In this document: piece after piece, positions 48,276 through 58,048 of the stretch
Layout of the letters: every line of letters starts with the position of its first letter
Position numbering within the stretch: position 1 is the first letter of the stretch
Assembly: GCA_963718615.1 (NCBI GenBank)
Contig: OY970368.1
Coordinates: forward strand, 5,056,001 to 5,120,000
DNA: 64,000 bases
Direction of reading: 5' to 3'
DNA from: an uncultured cyanobacterium
GTDB lineage: Bacteria; Cyanobacteriota; Cyanobacteriia; PCC-9006; JAAUQQ01
Position numbers and translations under genes: made by a program
Notes under the pieces: generated by a model
Told to the model about the DNA's origin: nothing
Database searches by the model: none
The model's input: only the letters and a program-made list of their open reading frames with translations

Positions 48276-49031
48276 GTGGCCATTCCTTTATTAAATTACG
48301 CACCCACTACGCAAAATGCGCGGGTGGCCGGATATGAAATTCCAGGTGATGAACAGCCCAAAATTTATTCCGCCGAGAACTTGCTTTCTCCTGGCGAAAT
48401 GGGCGAACTGATCGAAGCTGCCTATCGTCAGTTCTTTTTCCACGCTTTTAAATGCGATCGCGAACCCTATCTAGAGTCTCAACTACGCAACGGTCAAATC
48501 ACCGTGCGTGACTTTGTGCGGGGTTTGGTGCTGTCGGATAAATACCGCCGCAGCTTCTACGATCTCAATAGCAATTATCGCTTTGTAGAGCAGACAGTCC
48601 AGCGCGTGCTGGGCCGCCCGACCTACAGCGAGAAGGAAAAAATTGCTTGGTCGATCGTGGTCGTCAACACAGGCATTGAGGGCTTCATTGATGCCCTGCT
48701 GGAAAGCGAGGAATACCTCGAAAATTTTGGCTACGACACCCTACCCTACCAGCGTCGCCGGGTCCTGCCCGGTCGTCGGGAAGGTGAGCGTCCTACCAAC
48801 ATCACGATGCCCCGCTACGACGAGTACTACCGCACCATCTTGGGCTTCCCCAAAATGGTTATGTCGGGTCCGATTCGTCGCTTCAGCGGCAGTCAGAAGC
48901 CTCTGGGTTCAGGCAGCCCCAGCTACTTCTTGGATATGGCTCGCGGCGTCACCGTGGGTCCCCAAATGGCATCCATGCCCAACATCAAGAATATGGACTT
49001 CAAGAGCAAAGTTCCCTATCGCCGGGTCTAG
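48276..49031 (+). CDS. cpcG: phycobilisome rod-core linker CpcG
   Basis: MAIPLLNYAP.TQN.RV.GYE, LESQLRNGQITVRDF, PYQRRR; hydrophilic C-terminus, so not CpcL. Confidence 0.93.
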   Translation: MAIPLLNYAPTTQNARVAGYEIPGDEQPKIYSAENLLSPGEMGELIEAAYRQFFFHAFKCDREPYLESQLRNGQITVRDFVRGLVLSDKYRRSFYDLNSNYRFVEQTVQRVLGRPTYSEKEKIAWSIVVVNTGIEGFIDALLESEEYLENFGYDTLPYQRRRVLPGRREGERPTNITMPRYDEYYRTILGFPKMVMSGPIRRFSGSQKPLGSGSPSYFLDMARGVTVGPQMASMPNIKNMDFKSKVPYRRV

Positions 49032-49114
49032 TGCTAGTTCATCCATAACATTTACCCTTTCTGAGAGGCTGTCATTATCCGTGAACGGCCTCTCATAAAA
49101 GTTCAATAAATCTC

Positions 49115-49149
49115 AAGGGGCACGTCCTGACCAAGGCGTGTCCTTTTTG
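49115..49149 (+). terminator. rho-independent terminator after cpcG
   Basis: GGGCACGTC-N8-GGCGTGTCC stem followed by TTTTT; second hairpin at 49062-49095. Confidence 0.7.
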
Positions 49150-49232
49150 TTAGCTTAGGCATACATTTTGGCCTGAGCCTGTCAGATTGACGCCCGATTG
49201 AGCCCCAGGCCGAGTTGACCCCAGGAAAGACT

Positions 49233-49520
49233 ATGGATAAACCCCTCGAAAAAACCCTAGATCAGACGCCCGACCAAATACCCGACCAAATACCCGACCA
49301 AATACCCGAGCAAACGCCCCAATCCTGGTACATCCTTTCTCAAGAATCGGGAGGCTGCTTGATTGTCACAGCCCAAGACCTGGTGAACTATGGGGGAGAG
49401 GGCAATGAGGACGAAGATGAAATGCCAACCATCACTTGCTGGGGTCCCTTCCCGTCGAAGGAGGAGGCGATCGCAAAACGAGTGGGGCTGATTCGTGCAG
49501 GCAAATGCAAACCCCAATAG
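49233..49520 (+). CDS. small conserved cyanobacterial hypothetical protein
   Basis: WYI...C.I...WGPF...AIAKRVGLIRAGKC.P; N-terminal PDQI repeats from a 12-bp tandem duplication. Confidence 0.7.
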   Translation: MDKPLEKTLDQTPDQIPDQIPDQIPEQTPQSWYILSQESGGCLIVTAQDLVNYGGEGNEDEDEMPTITCWGPFPSKEEAIAKRVGLIRAGKCKPQ

Positions 49521-49805
49521 GGGGTCTCATGGGATCTTCCCAAAGAGATAGATATAACGCTTTGGCAACAATTATTTAGCAAAAGTTAGCAGACTCCCAG
49601 AAAAATTGGATTTACGGGGCCGCGAAGACCCGGTAAACTGAGAACGGTTAACAAAAGTAAACAACTAAGCCAAGTTTGCGGAGAAGCATCTCAGGGGTTT
49701 GAATCTCCTTTCTGTTACCTAGGATGCATCGCTCCCTGAGGATCCATGGCTAACTTGACTTAAAATTGCACTTTTGACACTGATCGGTCGTCCTGGCAAA
49801 TCATA

Positions 49806-50762
49806 ATGTCAACTTCCTACGCTTCCTCAGATTTAGTTCGGACTTACCTTCGCGAAATTGGTCGGGTCCCTCTCCTTACCCATGAGCAGGAAATTGTTTA
49901 TGGGAAGCGGGTTCAGCGATTGGCTGCCCTGCAGGAGTCCCGCCGAGGCTTGCTCGAGATTCTTCACCGCGAGCCAACTTGGGCGGAATGGGCCGAGGCC
50001 GTTAAGCTTTCCGAGGCGCAGCTCAAAGAGGCGATCGCCGCTGGAAAAACCGCGAAGCAACGCATGATCGAGGCCAATCTGCGCCTTGTAGTCTCTGTTG
50101 CCAAAAAATATTTGAAACGCAATCTGGATCTGCTCGACCTGATTCAGGAGGGCACCATCGGGATGCAGCGAGGGGTTGAGAAGTTTGACCCGACTAAGGG
50201 ATATCGCTTTTCGACCTATGCCTACTGGTGGATTCGGCAGGCGATTACGCGGGCGATCGCCGAAAAAAGCCGCACCATTCGGCTACCCATCCACATCACC
50301 GAAAAGCTCAACAAGATCAAAAAACAGCAACGGGAGCTTTCCCAACAGTTGGGACGGGCTCCTAGCGTGAGCGAGCTCGCCACTGCAACGGAGCTAACGC
50401 CCAAACAGGTGCGGGATTATCTGGAACAAGCCCGGACCCCCCTCTCCCTCGACCTGCGGGTTGGGGATAATAATGATACCGAGCTCAGTGAGCTGCTAGA
50501 GGACGAAGGGCCTTCACCGGAAGACTTTGCCACCCAGCGCTCGCTCCGCCTAGAGCTCGAAGGCCTAATGTCAGAACTCACCCCCCAGCAGCAGCTCGTC
50601 ATTAAGCTACGATTTGGCCTAGAGGATGGCCAAGGCATGACCCTTGCCAAAATTGGCGAACAGCTCAGCATTAGCCGAGAGCGGGTGCGCCAAATCGAGC
50701 GGGAAGCCCTCAATCGCCTCCGCAAGCGCAAGGGGGATATGGGGGCCTATTTGGCCAGCTAA
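49806..50762 (+). CDS. sigD: group 2 sigma-70 factor, SigD-like
   Basis: [51 protein letters not shown]; subtype assigned from sequence signature and context. Confidence 0.78.
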   Translation: MSTSYASSDLVRTYLREIGRVPLLTHEQEIVYGKRVQRLAALQESRRGLLEILHREPTWAEWAEAVKLSEAQLKEAIAAGKTAKQRMIEANLRLVVSVAKKYLKRNLDLLDLIQEGTIGMQRGVEKFDPTKGYRFSTYAYWWIRQAITRAIAEKSRTIRLPIHITEKLNKIKKQQRELSQQLGRAPSVSELATATELTPKQVRDYLEQARTPLSLDLRVGDNNDTELSELLEDEGPSPEDFATQRSLRLELEGLMSELTPQQQLVIKLRFGLEDGQGMTLAKIGEQLSISRERVRQIEREALNRLRKRKGDMGAYLAS

Positions 50763-50873
50763 ATAAACCCAACTCTCCGCAGAATCCCCCCCGAAAAGTT
50801 CGGTTCCGCCCACTCCACCCCCGCCCTCTAGGGTTGTTACCTTAAAAGGGCGGGATTTATTGAGGTAGACGCA

Positions 50874-51254
50874 GTGAACGACGAACGTCAAATTCAATCC
50901 GGCTTCTTAGGCGGTGGCTCCAACCAGGGCAGCAACCAGCTCTTGCAGTATATTCAAAACCTGCATCCTGATACGGTGGGCAAACTGTCTCGACCGGATA
51001 CCCATGAAGTGCTTCATCTGATGGAGCAAAATATTACGGGCCTTCTGGGACATATTCCCCAGGGCGCGTTTAATGTTGAAATTACAACCGATCGCGAAAA
51101 CCTAGGTCGTCTGTTGGCCTCAGCGATGATGGGGGGCTACTTTCTGCGCAACGCGGAACAGCGGTTTGCCTTTGAAAAAACCCTGTTAGGCGCAACCCTA
51201 CCGGATCCGGGACCTTCGGCGGAGCCCTCGAACGAAACCGATACCCTGGCCTAA
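50874..51254 (+). CDS. DUF760 family protein
   Basis: LLQYIQ, ITGLLG, RENLGRLLASAMMGGYFLR. Confidence 0.85.
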   Translation: MNDERQIQSGFLGGGSNQGSNQLLQYIQNLHPDTVGKLSRPDTHEVLHLMEQNITGLLGHIPQGAFNVEITTDRENLGRLLASAMMGGYFLRNAEQRFAFEKTLLGATLPDPGPSAEPSNETDTLA

Positions 51255-51257
51255 CCG

Positions 51258-52382
51258 ATGGCCAAACCCATGGCCGAACTATCATTTCCCCTGTCTTCAT
51301 CGGGACTAGAGGCGATCGCCCTACGGCGATCGCTTTTGATTTGGTACCAGACCACAGGCCGAGATTTGCCCTGGCGACGCAGCCGCGATCCCTATACCAT
51401 CTGGATTTCGGAGATTATGCTCCAGCAAACCCAGGTGAAAACCGTCATTCCCTACTACGAACGCTGGCTGGCCAAATTTCCCACGATCGAAGCCTTGGCA
51501 GCGGCGGACCAAACCGTAGTCCTTAAGACTTGGGAAGGTCTCGGTTACTACGCCCGCGCCCGCAATTTACACCGAGCCGCCCAGCAAATCGTCGCCGACC
51601 TTGAGGGGAAATTTCCCCAGGAGCTTGACCAGGTTTTGAAGCTTCCCGGCATCGGCAAAACCACAGCGGGCGGCATTTTGAGTGCCGCGTTCAACCAACG
51701 CACGGCGATTTTAGATGGTAATGTAAAACGCGTGTTAGCCCGGCTGATCAACCTGCCGCTGCCGCCTAGCAAAGCCTTGCCTGCGCTGTGGGCGTTGTCT
51801 GAAGACCTGCTCGATCCCGAGCATCCCCGCGATTTCAATCAGGCATTGATGGATCTGGGCGCAACGGTCTGCACCCCCAAAAACCCGGCTTGCCTGCTTT
51901 GTCCTTGGCAACCGGATTGTCAGGCCCATCGTTTAGGAACCCAATTAGAACGACCCATGCGTGAAGCCTCTCGTCCCTTGCCCCACAAGATCATTGGGGT
52001 AGCCGTGATTCGCAATCAGCAAAACCAAATTTTAATCGACCGGCGCTTGCAGGAAGGGTTGCTGGGGGGGCTGTGGGAATTTCCAGGGGGAAAAGTGGAA
52101 CCGGGCGAAACCCTAGAAGCCTGTGTCAAACGGGAAATTCAAGAGGAAATTGGCATTGAGATTGAAGTGGGCGATCGCCTCATCACCATTGACCATGCCT
52201 ACACCCACTTCAAGGTGACCTTAAATGTCTTCAACTGCTGTTATCTCTCCGGTGAACCACAGCCGATCGAATGTGATGAAGTGCGCTGGGTTACGCTAGA
52301 TGAGATCGACCAGTATCCCTTTCCGAAGGCCAATATCCAAATTATTGAAGCCCTCAAGGCACAAGCAACCCGCGCCGTCTAG
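51258..52382 (+). CDS. mutY: A/G-specific adenine glycosylase MutY with C-terminal MutT/Nudix domain
   Basis: SEIMLQQTQV, WEGLGYY.RARNL, LPGIG, DGNV.RVL, FCL cysteines, Nudix box. Confidence 0.95.
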   Translation: MAKPMAELSFPLSSSGLEAIALRRSLLIWYQTTGRDLPWRRSRDPYTIWISEIMLQQTQVKTVIPYYERWLAKFPTIEALAAADQTVVLKTWEGLGYYARARNLHRAAQQIVADLEGKFPQELDQVLKLPGIGKTTAGGILSAAFNQRTAILDGNVKRVLARLINLPLPPSKALPALWALSEDLLDPEHPRDFNQALMDLGATVCTPKNPACLLCPWQPDCQAHRLGTQLERPMREASRPLPHKIIGVAVIRNQQNQILIDRRLQEGLLGGLWEFPGGKVEPGETLEACVKREIQEEIGIEIEVGDRLITIDHAYTHFKVTLNVFNCCYLSGEPQPIECDEVRWVTLDEIDQYPFPKANIQIIEALKAQATRAV

Positions 52383-52471
52383 GCTGACCCAAGTTACTCC
52401 AGCAAACCCGGCATTTCTGCAAAACTTTGCTACCTTTGCTGTTAGATTAAACTGCTGTGTCCCTGACTGCC

Positions 52472-53563
52472 ATGATTGAAGTCGATCAGCTCAGCAAATT
52501 TTACGGACCTTACCAGGCGATCGCCGACCTGAGTTTCTCCGTCGAAAGCGGTGAAATTTTGGGGTTTCTGGGTCCTAACGGCGCGGGCAAAACCACCACC
52601 ATGCGCATCCTCACGGGCTATCTGCCCGCCACCAGCGGCACCGCCCGCGTGGCAGGGTACGATGTCCACGATAATTCCATGGCCGTGCGCAAATGCATTG
52701 GCTATCTGCCGGAGACGCCGCCCCTCTACCCGGACATGACCGTTGAGGGCTTTTTGCATTTTGTGGCCCAGCTCAAGGGGGTGAGCGCAGGCGATCGCGC
52801 CGGTCGAGTGGATTCGGCCCTGAATCGCTGTGGATTGGGCGATCGCCGCCAAACCATCATCGGCAAACTCTCCAAGGGCTATCGCCAGCGGGTCGGCATT
52901 GCCCAGGCCATTGTCCACGACCCCCCGGTGATTGTCTTGGATGAACCCACTGTCGGTCTCGATCCGCGTCAAATCATTGAAGTGCGGGAGCTCATCAAAA
53001 GTCTCGCGGGCCAACATACGATTATTTTATCCACGCACATTTTGCCCGAAGTCAGCATGACCTGTAACCGGGTCGCCATCATCAATCAGGGCAAACTGGT
53101 GACAACCAATTCCCCGGAATCCTTGATGGAAGAACTCACCGGGGGAACCCACTACACCCTCGAAATTGAAGGCGAAACCGAACAGATTCAGCGATCGCTC
53201 CAGGCCCTAGGGGGCGTCCAGCGGGTGGCGATCGCCCCAGGCTTACAGGAGGGCCGCAGCCAGGTCACGGTCACAAGTGAAGGCAGCGGTGACATTGGGC
53301 GGGAGGTTGCGGCGACGGTGGTGCAGTCGGGGTTGGGGCTGTATGAAATGCGGCGATCGCGCGCCAGCCTAGAGGATGTCTTTCTCAAACTCACTACCCA
53401 GGACACCGACCACGCAGAAGCCGCCCTTGATGCCCATTCACTCATGAGCCCCGCAGCCACCGCCGAGGCCCTCGCCAGCGTGGTAGATAAGGGTATGGAC
53501 AAGGCCGAGGTAGAGCCAGGACCAGAGCCTGTTGTAGAACAAGAGGAAGAATCCCCCACATGA
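52472..53563 (+). CDS. ABC transporter ATP-binding protein (GldA-like)
   Basis: GPNGAGKTT, LSKGYRQRVG, LDEPT. Confidence 0.92.
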   Translation: MIEVDQLSKFYGPYQAIADLSFSVESGEILGFLGPNGAGKTTTMRILTGYLPATSGTARVAGYDVHDNSMAVRKCIGYLPETPPLYPDMTVEGFLHFVAQLKGVSAGDRAGRVDSALNRCGLGDRRQTIIGKLSKGYRQRVGIAQAIVHDPPVIVLDEPTVGLDPRQIIEVRELIKSLAGQHTIILSTHILPEVSMTCNRVAIINQGKLVTTNSPESLMEELTGGTHYTLEIEGETEQIQRSLQALGGVQRVAIAPGLQEGRSQVTVTSEGSGDIGREVAATVVQSGLGLYEMRRSRASLEDVFLKLTTQDTDHAEAALDAHSLMSPAATAEALASVVDKGMDKAEVEPGPEPVVEQEEESPT

Positions 53564-54363
53564 ATATCCCCTTCGGCAATGGGTTCGCCATCTACAAACG
53601 CGAGCTGCAAAGCTACTTCAAGTCGCCCTTGGCCTACGTGATTGCCGGAATTTTCTGGCTGATTGCCGGAATTTTCTTCGTGATTACCATGGGCGATGTC
53701 CTCGGTCGAGTCGCCGAGATGGATTTGCAACAGCAACAATTTAATGGACCCGCAACCCCCGTCGATGTGCCCTACATCTTGCTCCAAAGCTTTTTGGGCG
53801 TACTGGCTTCGCTGGTACTGGTACTGATGCCGATGCTCTCCATGGGCCTCTATGCCGAGGAACGCAAGCGCGGCACCCTCGAACTGCTGGCAACCTCCCC
53901 CATCACCAACTGGGCCGTCGCCCTGGGCAAACTGGCGGCAGCCATCACGTTTTTTGTAGGCATGATTCTGCCGATGATGGTTTATGAGTCGGTCATTTTT
54001 TCCTCAGCGACGCCCCCGCTACCGCCCACGGTCTTTTTGCTCAGCCATTTGGGCCTGGTGCTCTTGGCCAGCGCCATTCTCTCCTTGGGAATGTTTATTT
54101 CGTCGCTCACCAGCAGCACGATTATTGCTGCCGTCATGACCTTTGGCCTGGTGCTTTTGCTTTGGATTGTCGATGCCCTTGGCAACAGTGCATCGGGCTC
54201 CCTGGCGGCGGTGGCGACTCATCTGTCGATGGTGCGTCAGTACAATACCCTGGTCCAAGGGATTGTGGATACGGGCAGTTTTGCCATGCTCGTTAGCTAT
54301 ATCTTTTTGGGAATTTTCTTGACCGCTCAGTCCGTTGAAATTTTCCGATTCCAACGCTCGTAG
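53560..54363 (+). CDS. ABC-2 permease (GldF-like)
   Basis: KRELQSYF.SPLAY, AEERKRGTLELL.TSP. Confidence 0.9.
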   Translation: MNIPFGNGFAIYKRELQSYFKSPLAYVIAGIFWLIAGIFFVITMGDVLGRVAEMDLQQQQFNGPATPVDVPYILLQSFLGVLASLVLVLMPMLSMGLYAEERKRGTLELLATSPITNWAVALGKLAAAITFFVGMILPMMVYESVIFSSATPPLPPTVFLLSHLGLVLLASAILSLGMFISSLTSSTIIAAVMTFGLVLLLWIVDALGNSASGSLAAVATHLSMVRQYNTLVQGIVDTGSFAMLVSYIFLGIFLTAQSVEIFRFQRS

Positions 54364-54470
54364 ATATCCGCTCGTAGATATCCGCTCGTAAACATCGATT
54401 TGATGGTGCAGCCGCCCAGCATCTGGAGCGTTGCCCATTCCACCGGGGTTATGGTTGCTCTTTGATCATT

Positions 54471-56048
54471 ATGAACATTTCGATCGCAAAATCTAAGGTT
54501 CTGAAATATCTCATTTGGCCGGGTCTGTCCCTGTTTTTGATCGGTCTATCCGCCGGGATTGTGGCGGGGAAATGGGGTACAGCACCGATGATCCTAATGA
54601 TCCTGGGGCTGGCCATTATTGCCTTTTGGATTTTGCTGCAAGTCACGGCCCAGGGCTTCTGGATGAAGCGATCGACCCAGGTAGGCACCAATGCCTTTAT
54701 TGCCACCACGGCAATGATGGTGATTTTGATTTTGCTTAATGTCCTAGTCGCCCGCTATCCCCAACGGCTGGACCTCACCGAAAACCAAATTTATAGCCTT
54801 GCCCCCCAGTCGAAGCAAATTGTTCAGGAGCTAGCACAGCCGGTTCGGCTGTATGTCTTTAGTCCGACAAAACCGCCCCAGGTGGAAAATCTGCTGAAGA
54901 ACTATGCCCGCCTCAGTACTGACCGCTTTTCCTATCAATTTGTTAACCCCACCCAAGAACCGGGCCTCGTCCAAAAGTTTGAGCTGAAGGATGTCGGGGA
55001 TGTTTTTCTAGAGGCTGGGGATAAGCAGCGGTTTGTGCAAAATATTGGGCGTGAGCCGTTTTCGGAGAGCAAGCTGACCAATGCCCTGGCTCGGTTAAAG
55101 CGCGATCGCACCGACAAAGTCTTTTTCCTCCAAGGCCACGGCGAACACAGCCCTGAGCAACTTAGCCAAGCAATCAACTTACTCAAGGACCGTAATTATG
55201 AAATCGAACCCCTGACCCTCGCCCAAACACTCAACAACGGTGAAGGCATTCCCGCCGATACCAGCGTCATCATGGTTTCGGGGCCGCAACGGGCACTACT
55301 GGAGCCAGAGGTCAAGGCCCTCAGTGATTTTTTGAACCGGGGCGGGGGCGTGCTGCTCTTGATTGACCCCAATACGGATCCGAAACTCAGTGCCCTGCTC
55401 GACCCTTGGGGCGTCAAGCTGGACGATCGCCTGATTATCGACGGTTCCGACACCCTGGGCATTAATGGTACAGGCGGGGTCGTTGGCATTGGCCCGACCT
55501 CCCCCCTCGTCACCCGTTATGGCGATCATCCCATCACTGCCGAATTTGGCAACGGGATTTCCTTTTATCCCCTATCACGGGCAGTAGAGCTGCAAGAGCG
55601 ACCGGGTATTAACGCTGTCCCGTTATTGTTGACCCATGAACAGAGTTGGGCCGAGAAGGACGTGCAGGCCCAGGTGCAGTACGACCCCAGCCGAGATTTG
55701 AAAGGTCCCTTGGCGATCGGCGCGGCTTTGAGTCGTCCGGTGGCAGAAGCTTCTGAGAATCGTACAGAGGAGAATCCCACCGAAAGCCGGTTGGTTGTGA
55801 TTGGCAATGCCAGCTTTATCACCAATGGTCCGGTCGAGCAGCAGCTCAATCCCGATGTCTTTGCTAATGCGATCGCCTGGCTCAGTCAACGGGAAGGTGA
55901 AGTCCTCAGCATTAGCCCCCGAGAGCTGACCAACCGACGCATTATCCTAGGCCCCGTCAAAGGCAATGCGGTAGCCTTCAGCGCGGTGCTGCTCCTGCCC
56001 CTACTGGGCTTTGGCACGGCGGCCTTTCTCTGGTGGAAACGTCGTTAA
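54471..56048 (+). CDS. GldG-family ABC auxiliary protein
   Basis: DLTENQIYSL, FLQGHGE, RLVVIGNA.F, C-terminal TM ending WWKRR. Confidence 0.9.
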   Translation: MNISIAKSKVLKYLIWPGLSLFLIGLSAGIVAGKWGTAPMILMILGLAIIAFWILLQVTAQGFWMKRSTQVGTNAFIATTAMMVILILLNVLVARYPQRLDLTENQIYSLAPQSKQIVQELAQPVRLYVFSPTKPPQVENLLKNYARLSTDRFSYQFVNPTQEPGLVQKFELKDVGDVFLEAGDKQRFVQNIGREPFSESKLTNALARLKRDRTDKVFFLQGHGEHSPEQLSQAINLLKDRNYEIEPLTLAQTLNNGEGIPADTSVIMVSGPQRALLEPEVKALSDFLNRGGGVLLLIDPNTDPKLSALLDPWGVKLDDRLIIDGSDTLGINGTGGVVGIGPTSPLVTRYGDHPITAEFGNGISFYPLSRAVELQERPGINAVPLLLTHEQSWAEKDVQAQVQYDPSRDLKGPLAIGAALSRPVAEASENRTEENPTESRLVVIGNASFITNGPVEQQLNPDVFANAIAWLSQREGEVLSISPRELTNRRIILGPVKGNAVAFSAVLLLPLLGFGTAAFLWWKRR

Positions 56049-56109
56049 AGCACCATTTTTCACCTTGCCCTAGACCACAGTCTAGACTGATACCTCAGGG
56101 AAAACCGCA

Positions 56110-56772
56110 ATGCGAATTAAAGGCAGTACCCTAGCGCTCTTGCTCACAGCTACGCTCCTAGCCGGTGGCGTCTTAATCACCGATCTAGTCCGCAATTCCC
56201 AGGGAGAGCAGCAGGCTGGATCGGGACCGGGCAATTCTGGACCGGGCAATTCGGGACCGGGCGACCCGGAACAGCCTAACGCCGCAACCCCAAAGACCAA
56301 AGCCCTTCCCCTCTTTCCGTTTCAGGAATCAGAGATCACCGCTTTTACCCTCCAGCGACCGGATCTCACCCTCAAATTTGCCCAGCGCAATCCACCGGAC
56401 ACCGCTAAGCCCAAATGGCAGATGCTCCAACCCGAAGCCCTCGACGCCAGCGATGGAGCCGTTGCCTATTTGCTCAATTTGTTGGCCACAGAAAGCTCCC
56501 GTGAAACCTTTAGTATGGCGGGCGATCGCAAAGCTGAATTTGGCTTAGACCGACCCACCGCCATCGTCAACGTCACCTTACAATCGGGCCAATCCCACGT
56601 GTTTGTCCTCGGCGCGCCCAACTTCAACAGCACTCAGTTCTACGCCCTCACCGACACCCCTCCCAATGCGGATCCCCTGCCCATTCAAGTGGTTACGTCA
56701 GATTTTGGACCCGCGGTAACGCGCCCCTTGGCGGAGTGGAAATATACTGCCGAAGCACCGCCGCAATCTTAA
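56110..56772 (+). CDS. DUF4340 family protein
   Basis: N-terminal TM, W.M..P, EFGLDRP, LGAPNF; follows gldG. Confidence 0.75.
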   Translation: MRIKGSTLALLLTATLLAGGVLITDLVRNSQGEQQAGSGPGNSGPGNSGPGDPEQPNAATPKTKALPLFPFQESEITAFTLQRPDLTLKFAQRNPPDTAKPKWQMLQPEALDASDGAVAYLLNLLATESSRETFSMAGDRKAEFGLDRPTAIVNVTLQSGQSHVFVLGAPNFNSTQFYALTDTPPNADPLPIQVVTSDFGPAVTRPLAEWKYTAEAPPQS

Positions 56773-56970
56773 GCCTGCTTAACAAGACCGCACAATCTCG
56801 ACAGAGTGAGTAAGATATGAGGAGAAGTCCGTGTCTCTCTGTCAAGGTGTCGTGATATCTTCGCGATCGCATTGCAGAATAACCCTCTAAGACTGTTATT
56901 TTTACGGTCTCCCAGAGTTTTTGGACAACTTATTCTTCAATTAGAATTACCCATCGTTCTCCACTACTGA

Positions 56971-57510
56971 ATGGCTCCAAATATTCGTTCCAGACGACCC
57001 ACCCGTAATCTTCCTCAAATCAACGAGCGTATTCGATTTCCAGAAATTCGCGTTGTGGACAGTGACGGCACCCAGTTGGGTATTATCACGCCTCGCGAGG
57101 CTCTAGAAATTGCAGAGCAGCGTGAACTTGACCTCGTCCTGGTGAGCGATAAGGCAGACCCACCGGTCTGTCGCATCATGGACTACGGTAAGTACAAATT
57201 TGAGCAGGAGAAGCGGGCAAGGGAGGCTCGGAAAAAACAGCATAACGCCGAAGTCAAAGAAGTGAAAATGCGCTACAAGATTGAGGAGCACGACTATAAC
57301 GTGCGGCTCAGCGCAGCGCAGCGCTTTTTAAAGTCGGGGGATAAGGTCAAGGCCACGATTACGTTTCGGGGCCGTGAGATCCAACACACTGACTTGGCCC
57401 GACAATTGCTCGATCGTCTAGCAAAGGACCTCGAAGAGGTGGCTGAGATTCAGCAATACCCTAAACGGGAAGGTCGCAACATGATGATGCTGCTCTCTCC
57501 CAAAAAGTAA
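56971..57510 (+). CDS. infC: translation initiation factor IF-3
   Basis: [27 protein letters not shown]. Confidence 0.97.
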   Translation: MAPNIRSRRPTRNLPQINERIRFPEIRVVDSDGTQLGIITPREALEIAEQRELDLVLVSDKADPPVCRIMDYGKYKFEQEKRAREARKKQHNAEVKEVKMRYKIEEHDYNVRLSAAQRFLKSGDKVKATITFRGREIQHTDLARQLLDRLAKDLEEVAEIQQYPKREGRNMMMLLSPKK

Positions 57511-57577
57511 TGTTTTGGGAGTCACGTTCTAGTGCTTCTGTCCTAGACACAATCCTAGACGCAATCCTCCAGACCCC

Positions 57578-58048
57578 ATGACTTTTATCTACCCTCGCCA
57601 AATTCGTTTCCATGAGACGGACGCAGCGGGGGTTGTTTATTTTGCCCAGGTGCTCATGCTTTGCCATGAAGCCTACGAGGCCTCCTTGGACGCAGCGGGG
57701 ATCGAACTGAAAACGTTTTTCAGTGGTCAAGGGAGCATGGCGGTTCCCATCGTTCACAGTAGCGTTGACTTTTTTCGGCCTTTGTTTTGTGGCGATCGCC
57801 TCACCATTCACCTTGACCCTCAGCCGCTCAACGAGAGTGAATTTGAAATTCACTATGAAATTTGGCCAGCACCGTCTTTTCCGGCACAACCTGACAAAAC
57901 CTCGGCTCCCAGTCGTCCCTGCGCCACCGCCCTCACCCGCCACGTTTGCATCAATCCAGCCTGCCGCCGTCGTCTTCCCTGGGCTCCCATTTTAGGACAT
58001 TGGCTCAAACTTGCTCAGGAATCAACGCCCGTAGTGCCAACCGATTGA
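57578..58048 (+). CDS. 1,4-dihydroxy-2-naphthoyl-CoA thioesterase (hotdog fold)
   Basis: RFHETDAAGVVYFA...CHEAYE; adjacent to men genes. Confidence 0.85.
   Translation: MTFIYPRQIRFHETDAAGVVYFAQVLMLCHEAYEASLDAAGIELKTFFSGQGSMAVPIVHSSVDFFRPLFCGDRLTIHLDPQPLNESEFEIHYEIWPAPSFPAQPDKTSAPSRPCATALTRHVCINPACRRRLPWAPILGHWLKLAQESTPVVPTD

Noticed and set aside
49233-49520. Small ORF as a transposase fragment
   Set aside because: No DDE motif, terminal inverted repeats or target duplication; looks like a conserved small cyanobacterial protein.
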